DNA from: Candidatus Hydrogenedentota bacterium
GTDB lineage: Bacteria > Hydrogenedentota > Hydrogenedentia > Hydrogenedentales > JAEUWI01
DNA length: 64,000 bases
Assembly: GCA_016182605.1 (NCBI GenBank)
Contig: JACPGE010000004.1
Span: forward strand, 1,402-65,401
Direction of reading: 5' to 3'
A model generated the notes under the pieces. The model was not told where the DNA came from and ran no database searches. It saw only the letters and a list, made by a program, of their open reading frames with translations. This document shows positions 41,978 to 52,900 of this stretch, piece after piece. The translations under genes were made by a program, and so were the position numbers. Positions within the stretch are counted from its first letter, which is position 1. Every line of letters begins with the position of its first letter.

Positions 41978-43069
41978 ATGATTGTAGGCATACCCAAGGA
42001 AATCAAAGACGACGAGGCGCGCGTGGCCGTGGTGCCTTCAGGTGTCACGGCCTTTGTGGCCCACGGACACACGGTACTGGTGGAGCGGGGCTGCGGCGTG
42101 GGCAGCGGCATTCCCGACGAACACTATGTGGATGCCGGCGCCACCCTGCTCGACGACCCGAAGGATCTCTGGGCGCGCGCGGACCTGGTGATGAAGGTGA
42201 AGGAGCCGGTAGGCCCCGAACTGGCGCGCATGCGTCCCGGGCAGATTCTCTATACCTATTTGCACCTCGCCTCGTCGCGCAGCCTGACGCAGGCCCTGCT
42301 GGATCGGCGGGTGACCGGCGTGGCCTATGAAACGGTCCAGTTGGAAGACGGGTCGCTACCGCTGCTGCGGCCCATGAGCGAGGTGGCAGGGAGGCTCGCG
42401 GTGCAGGAGGGCGCGCGGCACCTCGAAGCGCCCGGTGGCGGCATGGGGATTCTATTGAGTGGCGTCGCCGGTGTGCGTCCAGCCTATGTGGCCGTGCTGG
42501 GCGGCGGCGTGGCGGGCGCAAACGCGTGCCAGGTCGCCCTGGGCATGGGCGCACAGGTGAGCGTCATCGATGTGAATGCGCGCCGGCTGGGCTATCTCCG
42601 CGATGTGATGGGGCCGCAGTTGACGACCCTCATGTCGAACAGCGCGAACATCACGGAGGAGCTGCGGCATGCCGACCTCGTGATTGGCACCGTGCTCGTG
42701 CCCGGAGCAAAAGCGCCGAAACTCATATCTCGCAGCCTGATCGGCCAGATGAAGCCCGGCTCCGTTCTGGTGGACGTGGCCATCGATCAGGGCGGCTGCG
42801 CCGACACTTCGCACCCCACTACACACCACGCGCCCACCTTCATCGTGGACGGCGTCGTGCATTACTGCGTGGCGAACATGCCCGGCGCCGTGCCGCGCAC
42901 CTCCACCTATGCATTGACGAATGTAACCCTCGGCCACGGGCTGGCCATGGCCGGCCTCGGGCTGGACGCCGCCATGGCACGGGACCCCGCCCTGGCCCGC
43001 GGCCTGAACACCCACGACGGCGAAATCCGGCACCCCGGCGTCGCCGCGGCATTCGAAGGCGCCGGATGA
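41978..43069 (+). CDS. ald: Alanine dehydrogenase
   Basis: MIVGIPKEIKDDEARVAVVP, plus an NAD-binding GxGxxG. Confidence 0.9.
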   Translation: MIVGIPKEIKDDEARVAVVPSGVTAFVAHGHTVLVERGCGVGSGIPDEHYVDAGATLLDDPKDLWARADLVMKVKEPVGPELARMRPGQILYTYLHLASSRSLTQALLDRRVTGVAYETVQLEDGSLPLLRPMSEVAGRLAVQEGARHLEAPGGGMGILLSGVAGVRPAYVAVLGGGVAGANACQVALGMGAQVSVIDVNARRLGYLRDVMGPQLTTLMSNSANITEELRHADLVIGTVLVPGAKAPKLISRSLIGQMKPGSVLVDVAIDQGGCADTSHPTTHHAPTFIVDGVVHYCVANMPGAVPRTSTYALTNVTLGHGLAMAGLGLDAAMARDPALARGLNTHDGEIRHPGVAAAFEGAG

Positions 43070-43312
43070 GCAAACGGGGAGGGAAACAGGCCCGGATGGA
43101 GGACTGACATTCCAATGGGCATGGGTATGCACGTCTTCCAGCCGCGAAGCGGCGCCAGTCAGTAGCCTGGTGGCGTAAGCCCCAGGCAAACGTCGGCTCC
43201 CGTGATGAATCCGCGAAGCGGATGGCAGATTCGGGCGGCGCGCTTGCGGCTGGTGAAACTTGTTACACTGGGTCGAGCCAGTCCGGCCCGGTCTGCAATG
43301 CTGGAGAGTACC

Positions 43313-43759
43313 ATGAAGAAATTCCTGTTGGGTGTGGTGGTGGGCGTCGTGGCCCTGTTGTCCGTCGACGCATTGGCGATCTACGCGAACCAGTTCGTGA
43401 AGGTGACGCCCTTGCTCAAGACCACCGCCTCGTGGGACGGCGCCGCGATCGCCTATCCCGCGGGCACGGCGGAACTGAGCGCTATGATCGTGGAACTTGC
43501 GCCCGGGGGCGAGACGGGCTGGCACCTGCATACGGTGCCGTCGGTGGCGATGATGCTGGAGGGCGAGATCGAGGTGCACCTGAAGGACGGGCGCATCAGG
43601 CCGTTCAAGCAGGGCGAGGCCCTGGCAGAGGTGATCCACACCCTGCACAACGGCAAGAATCGGGGCAAGTCGCCTGCGAAGATGGCCGTGTTCTATGCCG
43701 GTGTGGAGAAGGAGACGATGACGCTCACCGAGGCGGAGGCCCTCCTGAAGGGGCTGTGA
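43313..43759 (+). CDS. Secreted cupin-domain protein
   Basis: Signal peptide MKKFLLGVVVGVVALLSVDALA. Cupin motifs G..H.H.......G. Confidence 0.5.
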   Translation: MKKFLLGVVVGVVALLSVDALAIYANQFVKVTPLLKTTASWDGAAIAYPAGTAELSAMIVELAPGGETGWHLHTVPSVAMMLEGEIEVHLKDGRIRPFKQGEALAEVIHTLHNGKNRGKSPAKMAVFYAGVEKETMTLTEAEALLKGL

Positions 43760-43912
43760 TTGGGCGCACTGGAAGGGCACGTCCACATTCGATGAATCCA
43801 CCGGCCCCGTCAAGCAGATCGCGCGCAAGCCGCCCATGCATCGCGAGTAGATCGGCTCCGCGAAACCTGTTAGCCTAACGCGGGGCCAGATTATGCGCGT
43901 GGGGCCGCTTCT

Positions 43913-44551
43913 GTGCCGGTGCCCTGCGCGAAAGGGAGTGTCGATCCATTGAAAACCAATTATGTCCTCGTCGATTTTGAGAATGTGCAGCCCACGGATC
44001 TGGGCCTGCTCAAGAACGGTCCCTTCCGGGTCAAGCTTTTCCTCGGGCCCAACCAGGCCAAGGTCCCCGTGGCAATTGCCGCCGCCTTGCAGGCCTTGGG
44101 CGGCAACGCAGAATACATTATCCTCGAAAAGTCGGGCGCCAACGCCCTCGACTTTCACATCGCGTACTATATCGGCGCGCTCTCGGCGGAAGAGCCCACA
44201 GCCGTCTACAACATCATTTCCCGGGACACCGGATTCGACCCGTTGATCAAGCATCTCAAACACAAGGCGATCGCCGTGCACCGCTCGGCCCGCATCGCGG
44301 ACATGCCCTGTTTCAAGCGTGACGCGCCCGAAGCGAACGGGAGCCAACTGGACAAGACGATAGAGTTCCTGGTGGGCCGCAAAGGGGCCGTGCCCAAGAC
44401 CCAGAAGTCGCTCTTGCGCTCCCTGCACGCCCACTTCAAGAAGGAAATGAACGAGGAGCAACTGACGTTTCTGTTCGATACCTTGTGCGAGCGCGGCATC
44501 GTGACCGTCGACGGCGCCAAAGTCTCCTATGCCTTGCCCCAGGAAGACTGA
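43913..44551 (+). CDS. Hypothetical protein with a PIN/NYN-like N-terminal region and a wHTH-like C-terminal region
   Basis: YVLVDFENVQP resembles the first strand of NYN/LabA-type domains. No further support. Confidence 0.3.
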   Translation: MPVPCAKGSVDPLKTNYVLVDFENVQPTDLGLLKNGPFRVKLFLGPNQAKVPVAIAAALQALGGNAEYIILEKSGANALDFHIAYYIGALSAEEPTAVYNIISRDTGFDPLIKHLKHKAIAVHRSARIADMPCFKRDAPEANGSQLDKTIEFLVGRKGAVPKTQKSLLRSLHAHFKKEMNEEQLTFLFDTLCERGIVTVDGAKVSYALPQED

Positions 44552-44626
44552 GGAGCGGCAAAGGTCTGGAACACGGTTCAGGGTGTTCAGCTTTCTAAGC
44601 GACGCGCGAAGGGCGCTCGGCCAGGA

Positions 44627-47600
44627 TCACTTCTGACCCGGGACACGCACGGGGATGCCGCCGAGTTCGAGCACGTCACTGGTGCGTTCTCCTTCCATTT
44701 CAGGGACATCGAACTCGAACTCGGCATGGGCGATGACCGGGAGTTCCCAGGCCTGCGTGCCTTCCACCCGTTCAAACAGTTCGACATAGAGGGTGTAGTG
44801 TCCGGCCACGACATCGTCAATGCGGAATCCCGCGGCTTCATCCAGATAGAAGCCATATAGATAGCGTTCGAGTTCACGCTTCTTGCCTGCGTCGCTCTTC
44901 GGCCAGTCCTTGATCCATTTTTCCCTGGCCGCTTGAATCCAGGAGTCGAAATCCTTGGGCCAGGGCATCTCCGCGCCCTTGCTGAGGTTCCCGCGGGAGC
45001 ACTGTTTCAGCACAACCCTCGCTTTCAGATCCGGGGGCAGGAGCATCGTTCCCGTGACGGGCCGCCCCGAACCGCCGAGTTGCGCTGTGAGCGTCTCGCC
45101 CGCCACGGGTAGTACCCCGATGGAAATGGCCCGAATACGGGAGTCGCCGGGACTGTCTGGGTGGATGCGCTCCAGACGCGACACTTCCGGCAACACGCGA
45201 TCGAAGGTGAAACGCCCCTCGGCATTGGAGACGGTCTCGCTGGAGAAGTTGTATTGCGGCTCGCCTCTCACGCCGGAGCGCATGGGGAAAAGCGTAATGA
45301 TGGCATTCGAAGCCGGCGCTTCGGCGATGCGGACCACACCCTCGACGCGGGCCCAGGGAGTCAGGACAACGTCGGCATGCTCTTCAAAGTACTTGGCATC
45401 CGCCAGGGCGAATCCGGAATCATGGGTAGCGATGAAGAGGTAGGGGGACTCGCGTCCATCGAAAGCGTAGGCGCCGTCCGCATTCGTCACCTTGATTCTG
45501 TCCTTGTCCCGGACATCGAGCGCGCCATTGCGGATGGCGATATGGTATTCGGGAAGGGCGAGGGCATAGGCGGCGCCTGCTGCCTGGGCGCCATCGGGCG
45601 TGAGCAGCACGCCCTGGATACGCGGCGCGCGCTTGAGCCGGAAGTCACAAATCGTGCTGGCCTCCCGCGGATGCAACTCGGCCGAACGGGCAGTGAGATA
45701 GCCTTCCGCCTCGATGGTAATGCTAAACCCCGTATCGAATTCGCGCATGTTCATCACGTACACGCCCCTGTTGAGCGTGGCCACACCATCAATCTGCATG
45801 TTGCCGCTGTCATCCGCGGCTCGCACACGGAACGATTCCACGGGCTCGCCTGTGATGCCATCGATCACGGTGCCCGTAACGATAACGTTGTCGTTCAAGA
45901 CGATGATGTGTTCTTCATCGGTTGCCTCCAGCGATTTGGTCAGGCCGCGGCGGCCCTCCTTCTGGAAGCTGAGTTCGACGGGGCCTTTCGGCGCCTCATC
46001 CCAGGTGAAGCGCCCTTGCGCGTCTGTAGAAGTCCGCAACTTTATGGCCGTGGCGTCGGGCGTAATGAGCGGCTCCCGATCGATGGTTGCCACGGTGACG
46101 CCGGCCAGGGGCTGATTGCGCTGATCGATGACCCGGCCACGGAGGAGTCGGCCCACGGGCAGCACGATGGTGACTGGAGCCATATCCTGTGCCGCCTGCA
46201 CCTTGGTAATCACAGCGACATATCCCGGCGCATCGGCCTTGAGATCGTAGGGCTGCGCAACACAATGATCGAAGCGGAAGAGGCCATCCTTGCCGGTGGT
46301 CGCTTTGCGATTGGTGGCCGTCAGCACATTCTCCCGCTGCCGCGCCTCCAACTGAGAAACGACCGCACCGGGAACCGGCTGGCCGGCCTCGTCGGCCACC
46401 AGGCCGGTCAATTCAATGCCCTTGTCGATGACGAGCGTCTGCGTTCCATTGATCAGGCGCGCGGTGGAAAGCGATCCCGCGGCATAGGGCGTGTCCGCGT
46501 AGCCGGGATGGCGGAGCACGAGCGACAACTGCGCGAGATCGCTTGGACCATGCACGCACTCCCAGACGCCGCTCTCGCCTGTCACTTCCGTGTGTTCGAG
46601 CAGCCCGCCCTTCTTGAAACTGCGCTTGCCCGGAATGGGCAGCGCGACCTGCACCCCGGCCACGGCCGCGCCTTGGGCATTGGTGACGCTCCCGCCGATC
46701 TTGAGGGATTTCTCCAGTTCTATGACCAGCTTGTCCGAGGGATTGAGGATCCAATCCACTGTTTTGGAAAGGTAACCATCGGCATGGACCGTGAGGGCCG
46801 CCTTGTCGCCGGTGCGTTTGCTGTAGAAGGTCACCGCGCCGCGGGCGTCGGTCCAATAGTAGCGGGTCTGCACGTTCAATTCGGGGGCGTACTGAAAATC
46901 GACGAAAGCGCCCGGCACGGGGCTCCGATCGCGGGCGCTCAACACCTCAAAGGAATGGGCGGCGCCAGCCGCGGGATAGTTGATTTGAAGGCCATTGCCG
47001 GATTGCAGGGCCGTCACGGACTCCGGATCGATCGTTTCCGGAAGCCGGATCGTGTTCAAGCCCGACAGGGCGCGCAGCACATCCAGGCCTTCCGCGCTTA
47101 CCTGGGTGTTAAAGAGATACAATTCACGCAGGCCCTCCAGGCCGCGCAGGTAGGCCAGGCCCGCATCGCCCACCGAGGTGACCTCCAGATTCAGCCCTTG
47201 CAGTTGATGCAGGTTTTGCAGCGCCTGCAAGCCCGCGTCCGTGATGAAGGTGCCTTCCAGCCCCAGAATGCGCATATTGGGCATGTTGGCCACATACTGC
47301 AGGCCCTCATCCCCGAAGTGGCCCATCCAGAGATCGAGATACTCCAGTTCCGTCATGTTCTGCAAGTATTGCATGCTCTCGTCCGACACGCCGGTCAGAT
47401 TCAGATCCAGATAGCGCAGGTTGTTGAGCCCGGCCAAATACTGCATGCCGCCGTCGGTCACCTGCGTGCGCCCCACGGAAAGGTACTCCAGACTGCTCAT
47501 GTCCGCGACGTACTCCAGCGCGGAATCGGAGATTTCGGTGTTTTCAAAGGTCAGTTCGCGCAAGGCCATGCCCTGCAAATGCTGTAGATCGCCGTCCCGT

Positions 47601-49003
47601 ATCTCCGTCTGCCGGAAGTCTATCGATTGAATGTCGTCCGGGCCCAGATAATCCAGGGGGGAGAGATCGGTCACTGCGTTGTTGTCCAGCACCAGCCGCA
47701 CCTGCTGGCCTTCCGGAATGACCACGTTGCCCTGGGCCGGCGCGAGCGGCGTCCAGCCTTCATTCAGGCCCTCGCCCCAGGGAATTTGATAGCCGGTATC
47801 GCCCCAGGGGCGGATAAGGATTTGCCCCATGGACCAGGTCTCGGGCAGGACGATGGTCCGTTCCGGTGGCGGAGATTGCTGGTTTTGCGCGTAGGCCCGC
47901 CCCAGTTCCGTCCAGCCGAGCCCGAGCGTGAACAAGAAGACGAGCACGAGGCCAATGAAGCCGCTGAGGGGGCGGGCTTCGCCTGGCGCCTTCACCCCCG
48001 CAAGCCGGCGAATCCGCATGAGCAGATCGCCCCCCGTGGCGGCCAGAGCAAATCGGGAAGACCGCTGACGCAACTCTTCGATACGGGTCAAGGCGCGGGC
48101 GTAGCCCAGCCGGTCGCCGCACACCATCACCGCGAGATCGTCGCAACAGAGTTCGCGCTCCATGCGGATGCGCCGTGAAACCCACCAGACCACGGGATGA
48201 TAGAAGAGGAGGGTCTCGATCAGTACCTGGACCAGATTGAACATGTAGTCGTGGCGGCGGATATGGGCGAACTCGTGGGCGAGTATCGCGGTCAATTCTT
48301 CGCGGGAGAGTCCGGTCAGCATGGATGCCGGGACAAGAATCACCGGTTTCATCCACCCGATGGTCGCGGGCGCCTGTGCTATCCCGGATTTCAGCAGGGC
48401 AACCGATCGCGCAACGCCCAGTCTTGCCTGGAGTTCCGCCAGAAGGGGCGCCCAATCTTGAGAAATGGGTTCGACCAAGGTACGGCGAAGACGCTGCACC
48501 AGCAGCCAACCCGCCACGTTGTGCAGCGAAATCAGAAATACGCCGCAGAACCAGAACAGCAGCAACCACGGCACGACGGGCGCCGACTTCCGCTTGCAGA
48601 GGTTTAGAAGCCCCTGAAACGTCATGGGAGCTTCGGGACGAACTGCCGGAGCAGTAGCAGGGGAGAAGTGCGCGACGGGCGCCTCAATATGGTTTAGCGG
48701 CGAAATGGGGGGCGTGCTAGCGTACTTCGGCTGTGATTGGAACTGCGTGGCCACAGGTATCGCGCTATCGGACGCGACGGACTCCAGAGTCAGGCAACAT
48801 GCCGTGATCACCGGCGCCAATGCCATGGCAAGCAAAGCGCCGTAGCACACGAGGTAGCGCGATTGCGGAGAACGGTTTCGCAACGCCGTGAGCGCCAGCA
48901 TCAGGAGAAGGGATAAACCCGCGCCTTGCCAGACGAAGTGCATCAGACTCCAGCCTATGCGCTGGGCGAGGGGAAACTCAGCAAGCATCTCAAGCGTAAT
49001 CAT
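44627..49003 (-). CDS. Giant BlaR1/MecR1-family (M56 peptidase) membrane sensor fused to leucine-rich repeats and multiple CarbopepD_reg-like beta-sandwich domains
   Basis: N-terminal TM region with HExxH (ILAHEFAHIRRHDY). LRR array (LxxLxLxxTxVxDxGLxxL, about 8 units). Repeated carboxypeptidase-regulatory-like domains toward the C-terminus. Confidence 0.75.
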   Translation of the reverse strand: MITLEMLAEFPLAQRIGWSLMHFVWQGAGLSLLLMLALTALRNRSPQSRYLVCYGALLAMALAPVITACCLTLESVASDSAIPVATQFQSQPKYASTPPISPLNHIEAPVAHFSPATAPAVRPEAPMTFQGLLNLCKRKSAPVVPWLLLFWFCGVFLISLHNVAGWLLVQRLRRTLVEPISQDWAPLLAELQARLGVARSVALLKSGIAQAPATIGWMKPVILVPASMLTGLSREELTAILAHEFAHIRRHDYMFNLVQVLIETLLFYHPVVWWVSRRIRMERELCCDDLAVMVCGDRLGYARALTRIEELRQRSSRFALAATGGDLLMRIRRLAGVKAPGEARPLSGFIGLVLVFLFTLGLGWTELGRAYAQNQQSPPPERTIVLPETWSMGQILIRPWGDTGYQIPWGEGLNEGWTPLAPAQGNVVIPEGQQVRLVLDNNAVTDLSPLDYLGPDDIQSIDFRQTEIRDGDLQHLQGMALRELTFENTEISDSALEYVADMSSLEYLSVGRTQVTDGGMQYLAGLNNLRYLDLNLTGVSDESMQYLQNMTELEYLDLWMGHFGDEGLQYVANMPNMRILGLEGTFITDAGLQALQNLHQLQGLNLEVTSVGDAGLAYLRGLEGLRELYLFNTQVSAEGLDVLRALSGLNTIRLPETIDPESVTALQSGNGLQINYPAAGAAHSFEVLSARDRSPVPGAFVDFQYAPELNVQTRYYWTDARGAVTFYSKRTGDKAALTVHADGYLSKTVDWILNPSDKLVIELEKSLKIGGSVTNAQGAAVAGVQVALPIPGKRSFKKGGLLEHTEVTGESGVWECVHGPSDLAQLSLVLRHPGYADTPYAAGSLSTARLINGTQTLVIDKGIELTGLVADEAGQPVPGAVVSQLEARQRENVLTATNRKATTGKDGLFRFDHCVAQPYDLKADAPGYVAVITKVQAAQDMAPVTIVLPVGRLLRGRVIDQRNQPLAGVTVATIDREPLITPDATAIKLRTSTDAQGRFTWDEAPKGPVELSFQKEGRRGLTKSLEATDEEHIIVLNDNVIVTGTVIDGITGEPVESFRVRAADDSGNMQIDGVATLNRGVYVMNMREFDTGFSITIEAEGYLTARSAELHPREASTICDFRLKRAPRIQGVLLTPDGAQAAGAAYALALPEYHIAIRNGALDVRDKDRIKVTNADGAYAFDGRESPYLFIATHDSGFALADAKYFEEHADVVLTPWARVEGVVRIAEAPASNAIITLFPMRSGVRGEPQYNFSSETVSNAEGRFTFDRVLPEVSRLERIHPDSPGDSRIRAISIGVLPVAGETLTAQLGGSGRPVTGTMLLPPDLKARVVLKQCSRGNLSKGAEMPWPKDFDSWIQAAREKWIKDWPKSDAGKKRELERYLYGFYLDEAAGFRIDDVVAGHYTLYVELFERVEGTQAWELPVIAHAEFEFDVPEMEGERTSDVLELGGIPVRVPGQK

Positions 49004-49007
49004 GAGA

Positions 49008-49391
49008 TTACTCCTTCATCTCTTTGAGGAGTTGATTGATTTCTTCCAGTTCTTCCGGCGTGGCCGATTTTGTGGAGAGCGCCTGCATGATCAGCTTGCT
49101 TGCGGACCCTCCGAAGGCACGCTGGATCAAATCCCCCACGAGTTGCCGCTGCATCTTTTCCTCTTCCAGGGCAACCCGGTAGGTGTGCGGCCGCCGTGCA
49201 TCGTCCCGCAGCAACAGCCCCTTCTCATGCATGATCTGCATCAGCTTAAGCGCCGTCGTATAGCCTGTGGGGCGCTCCGCGCTCAACGCCTCCTGCACGT
49301 CCCGCACGGTCGATGGGCCCCGCTCCCAGAGCACATTGAGTATGGCCAGTTCGCCGACGGTAGGGCGGGGCGGGGTCTTCGGGGGCATGAT
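49008..49391 (-). CDS. BlaI/MecI/CopY-family transcriptional repressor
   Basis: Winged helix LAILNVLWERGPSTVRDVQEAL...TALKLMQIMHEKGLL. Lies 4 nt upstream of the BlaR1-like gene. Start was set at MPPKT. Confidence 0.8.
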   Translation of the reverse strand: MMPPKTPPRPTVGELAILNVLWERGPSTVRDVQEALSAERPTGYTTALKLMQIMHEKGLLLRDDARRPHTYRVALEEEKMQRQLVGDLIQRAFGGSASKLIMQALSTKSATPEELEEINQLLKEMKE

Positions 49392-49556
49392 CGGGCTCCT
49401 TTGGTGGTCGTCTTGGACGCTGAAGCCGAGTATATACGAAGACCTTCGTTTTGTCAACGAAGAATTTCGTACTCGCCCACACCCGGAGGAATGCGGGGAT
49501 AGCCCGCACATTTCACCACTTGGAGCCTCAACGCGCGAGCGGACATTGGGAGCACG

Positions 49557-49865
49557 ATGAAATGTGCTCAGCGCGAAGCCGGTGCTGGAGCAGCCCAGGG
49601 GGGCGGCCAGGTTCCCGAGGGCCTCGCCGGCATGCCCCTGATTGCGATCCGGCTTGAGGGGGACCGTGTGCTTGCGCAGTCAACGGACGGCAAGTACACG
49701 CGTATGGATGCCGACGGCACGTTGAGCGAGATGACCGAGGCGCCCATGATCAAGCAAGACCCCGCCGTCGCCGCGTTTGGCGATGCAGCGCGGGCCGTGG
49801 CGAGCGACAAACTCCTCATGACCGCGACAATAAAAGGCCGTTTGCTCCACTTTCTGTCCCATTGA
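49557..49865 (+). pseudogene. Gene fragment paralogous to residues about 65-135 of the downstream gene at 54397..56478
   Basis: About 205 nt (49600..49803) are roughly 88% identical in DNA to 54592..54798. Homology is lost on both sides. Confidence 0.55.
49600..49803. repeat. About 205-bp direct repeat, left copy (its partner is 54592..54798)
   Basis: Direct nucleotide comparison: ccaggttcccgagggcctcgccggcatgcccctg... in both copies. Confidence 0.8.
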
Positions 49866-49983
49866 ATACTAGCTCGTGTCGCTATACTATAGTATCTGCA
49901 TTATCGCGATGGAGCATGAGGCGCAATAAGCGCGGCCTCATGCAAGGCCCGCCGTGGGCGTATCGGGTGTGCGCATTCTATAG

Positions 49984-52900
49984 GTGGCAATGACTCAACA
50001 GCCGGACACACTACATGCATTAATCGGGCAATGGCGCGCGAAACACAACAAGCGCGCGATGGGAGGCATATGGGCGCTCTCCGGTTTTTCCTTTCAAATC
50101 GCGATCTTCTTGGTTCATTTTTTTGATACCGTGGGGCGGGAAAACGAAGACCCCCAACAACTCCCCGAATTCGAGCAACTTTCCGATCTCCTCTGCCCAC
50201 AGGACAGACGTTATCTCCTGGTGCAAGTCAAGCGCACGCTGAACAGGACCAGACTCAAAGAGGCGTTGAAAGAGTTCTACACCATCCTGGCGCTCTCCCG
50301 GGAAGAAACCCCCACCCTTACGAGCCAGCTACGTTTCCAAGTGGCCTGTAAGTACCGCCCGAGCCCGAGTTTGACCCCTTCCGACATCACGATGGAGGAA
50401 GTCGTGGACAATGGTGACCCTGAAACTTGGCAATTGCTTATCAGGGCCTTTGATGAAGAAAATCCCATCATTGAAGAGCCGGATCCCCTGGACAAGCTGT
50501 ACGCCGTTCTGTGGACTCATGGGATTAAGAACAGGGCCGGACTCATTGAGCATTGTGCCGGCCGGTTGCTGGAAAGCTTTGGCAACCCAGGCCCCAACGT
50601 TAGGCATAGCCTGCTGCGCGATCTTGAAAGCCTGTTTCATGACGCTCCCAGACGGGAAGGATGGACCAGCGAATTCAAACTTCTCTTGGGGAACGACGTA
50701 GCCCTCGATCCCAGTCATGAGGGCTCCCTGGAGGTCCTGACGGGGCAGTTACCCCGGCTCGAACACCTCCGGAAGGGCATGTTTCGCGAGCGCAAGGCGC
50801 TATTCAGCAATCTCTGGGAGCAGTTTAACTCATGGCAGACGCAACTCGAAGAGCAAGACCTCGGAGACGAGACCCCCATCTTTTGGATCAGCGGCCGCTC
50901 CGGCGAAGGCAAGTCTGTCCTGCTACTCCAACTTGTCGCGGAATGTATCCGCAAGCATGGCGATATCCCCCTCCTTCACCTGAAATCAGGGGAAGACCTG
51001 CCTCTCTTCCTGGACCACGCACCTAAACGCACCAGTATGAACGACCAAGTATTCGGGCGCTACTTCGCCGTAATTGACGATATCTACGACCTGCGCAATC
51101 GCGATGACTGGGCGGATCGTATTCGCCGGGCGCGTGCTTTAGAGATTCCCCCGGTCGCCATCATCACCTGCGGGCCTACGGAACAGCGGGAACAGTTCGA
51201 AAACAGTCTGAAAGATGAATTCAGGGTCGTTCATTTTGAGGTCCCCCTCCTGGACCAATCTGAAATGGAGGATTTTATTGAATGGTACGAGAATCGGACC
51301 GGCAAGGTGTGTGAGCGGTCGGTATTCTCGGAGCAAAACCCGCTCCTGGTCTTGTTTATGTTCGAATTGGCCCGCGGCGAAAAGATTTCGGCCTTTGCCA
51401 AGCGCATTAAGAGGCGCCTGGAAGCCATGCAAATATTTGAGGCGGCCCGTGCCATTGCGGCCACGTGGGCCCTTTACATCGACGCCCCCATTGCATTGCT
51501 GGAAGACCAGGAAAAACGCGACGCCCTGGACCGCCTCTGCAAGGACGACCAGCTTCATTTCCGCATATCCTATTCAGAGGATGGAAGCACGGAGGAAGGC
51601 GTCCGTTTCGCCCATGCCCACATAGCCTGGTTGCTCTACACAGAATGGGCAGAACTACCTCCAACGCCCTTCGCAAAATCGTGGGCTCGCGACCTGGACC
51701 GGAGCTTGGGCCTTTGGGAATCCCAAGGAAACTACGCTGGCGCCAGCATCTTGTTGCACCGGGCTTTCCGCGAAACACGGCTCGCAAACGGTCTTTACGT
51801 GGAGCTGAATACCGATCATTGCCAGTTGCTCCAGGAATTGTACCGGCTGCATTGTCAGAGGAATGCTAATCAGCCCTTGCAAACCCTGATGCCGCGTTGG
51901 CTGGAAATGTTGTGCAAGTCCCGTGGACTGGTACTCAAACCCGACCCAGTGCTCGCCACGCTCAAAGCGATGGAAGACGAATCCGCAGTCAGTTCCGTAC
52001 AGGGCTACACCGTTGGCTGGCTTTGGCGTCTAACTGCTCTGCGCCCCCCAACCGAACAGGGCCGCATAAGAAATATGGTCCAAAGATTTCTGGACCAATT
52101 CCCGGAAGCTCCAGGCTCAGGGACCGTAGTAGGCCAGATCTCTAAATCGAACCAATCCGATCAGCAAATTCACCAATGGGTATTGAGCTGGATCCAAGAA
52201 AACCCATTGAACCCACAGACCGTTCTTACGCTCTCGCCCATGCTCGCATCTCATTCAGGAAATCATGAATTAATAGATGTAGCCAAGACTTGGCTATCCA
52301 AATACCCTGAACTACCTCAAGCACATTGGCTGATAGCAAGGCTGGTGGCGTGCAATCCAGGGGACGAGATCGTCAAGAATATTGCCACAGATTGGTTGAA
52401 GGGATTCCCCGAACATCCGCAGGCATATCAAGTAATTACTGCCCTTGTACGCGCGCGGCCTGGTGAAAAAAATGTGGTTGATATCGCGAAAAAGTGGCTG
52501 AACGACTTCCCCAAACATCTTCATGCATACAACTTGATCGCGGCACTCGTGGCGGCGAACCAAGTAAACGAGGACATCATTGGAATCGCCACGGAATGGC
52601 TACAGAACTTCCCCGATCATCCACAGGCATACATCTTGATCGCGACACTCGTGGCGGCGAACCAAGTAAACGAGGACATCATTGGAATTGCCACGCAATG
52701 GCTACAAGACTTCCCCGATCATCCACAGGGATACCAAGTGGTGGCGGCGCTCGTGGCGGCAAATCAGGGGGACGAGGACATCATTGGAATTGCCACACAA
52801 TGGCTAAAGGACTTCCCCGATCATCCACAGGCATACATCTTGATCGCGACACTCGTGGCGGCGAACCAAGTAAACGAGGACATCATTGGAATCGCCACGG

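Noticed and set aside
42452-44461. 669-aa minus-strand ORF covering ald, the cupin gene and the PIN-like gene
   Set aside because: It is antisense to three independently supported plus-strand genes.
45161-47587. 808-aa plus-strand ORF inside the BlaR1-like gene
   Set aside because: It is antisense to a gene with clear M56/LRR motifs and has an Arg/Gly/His-rich composition.
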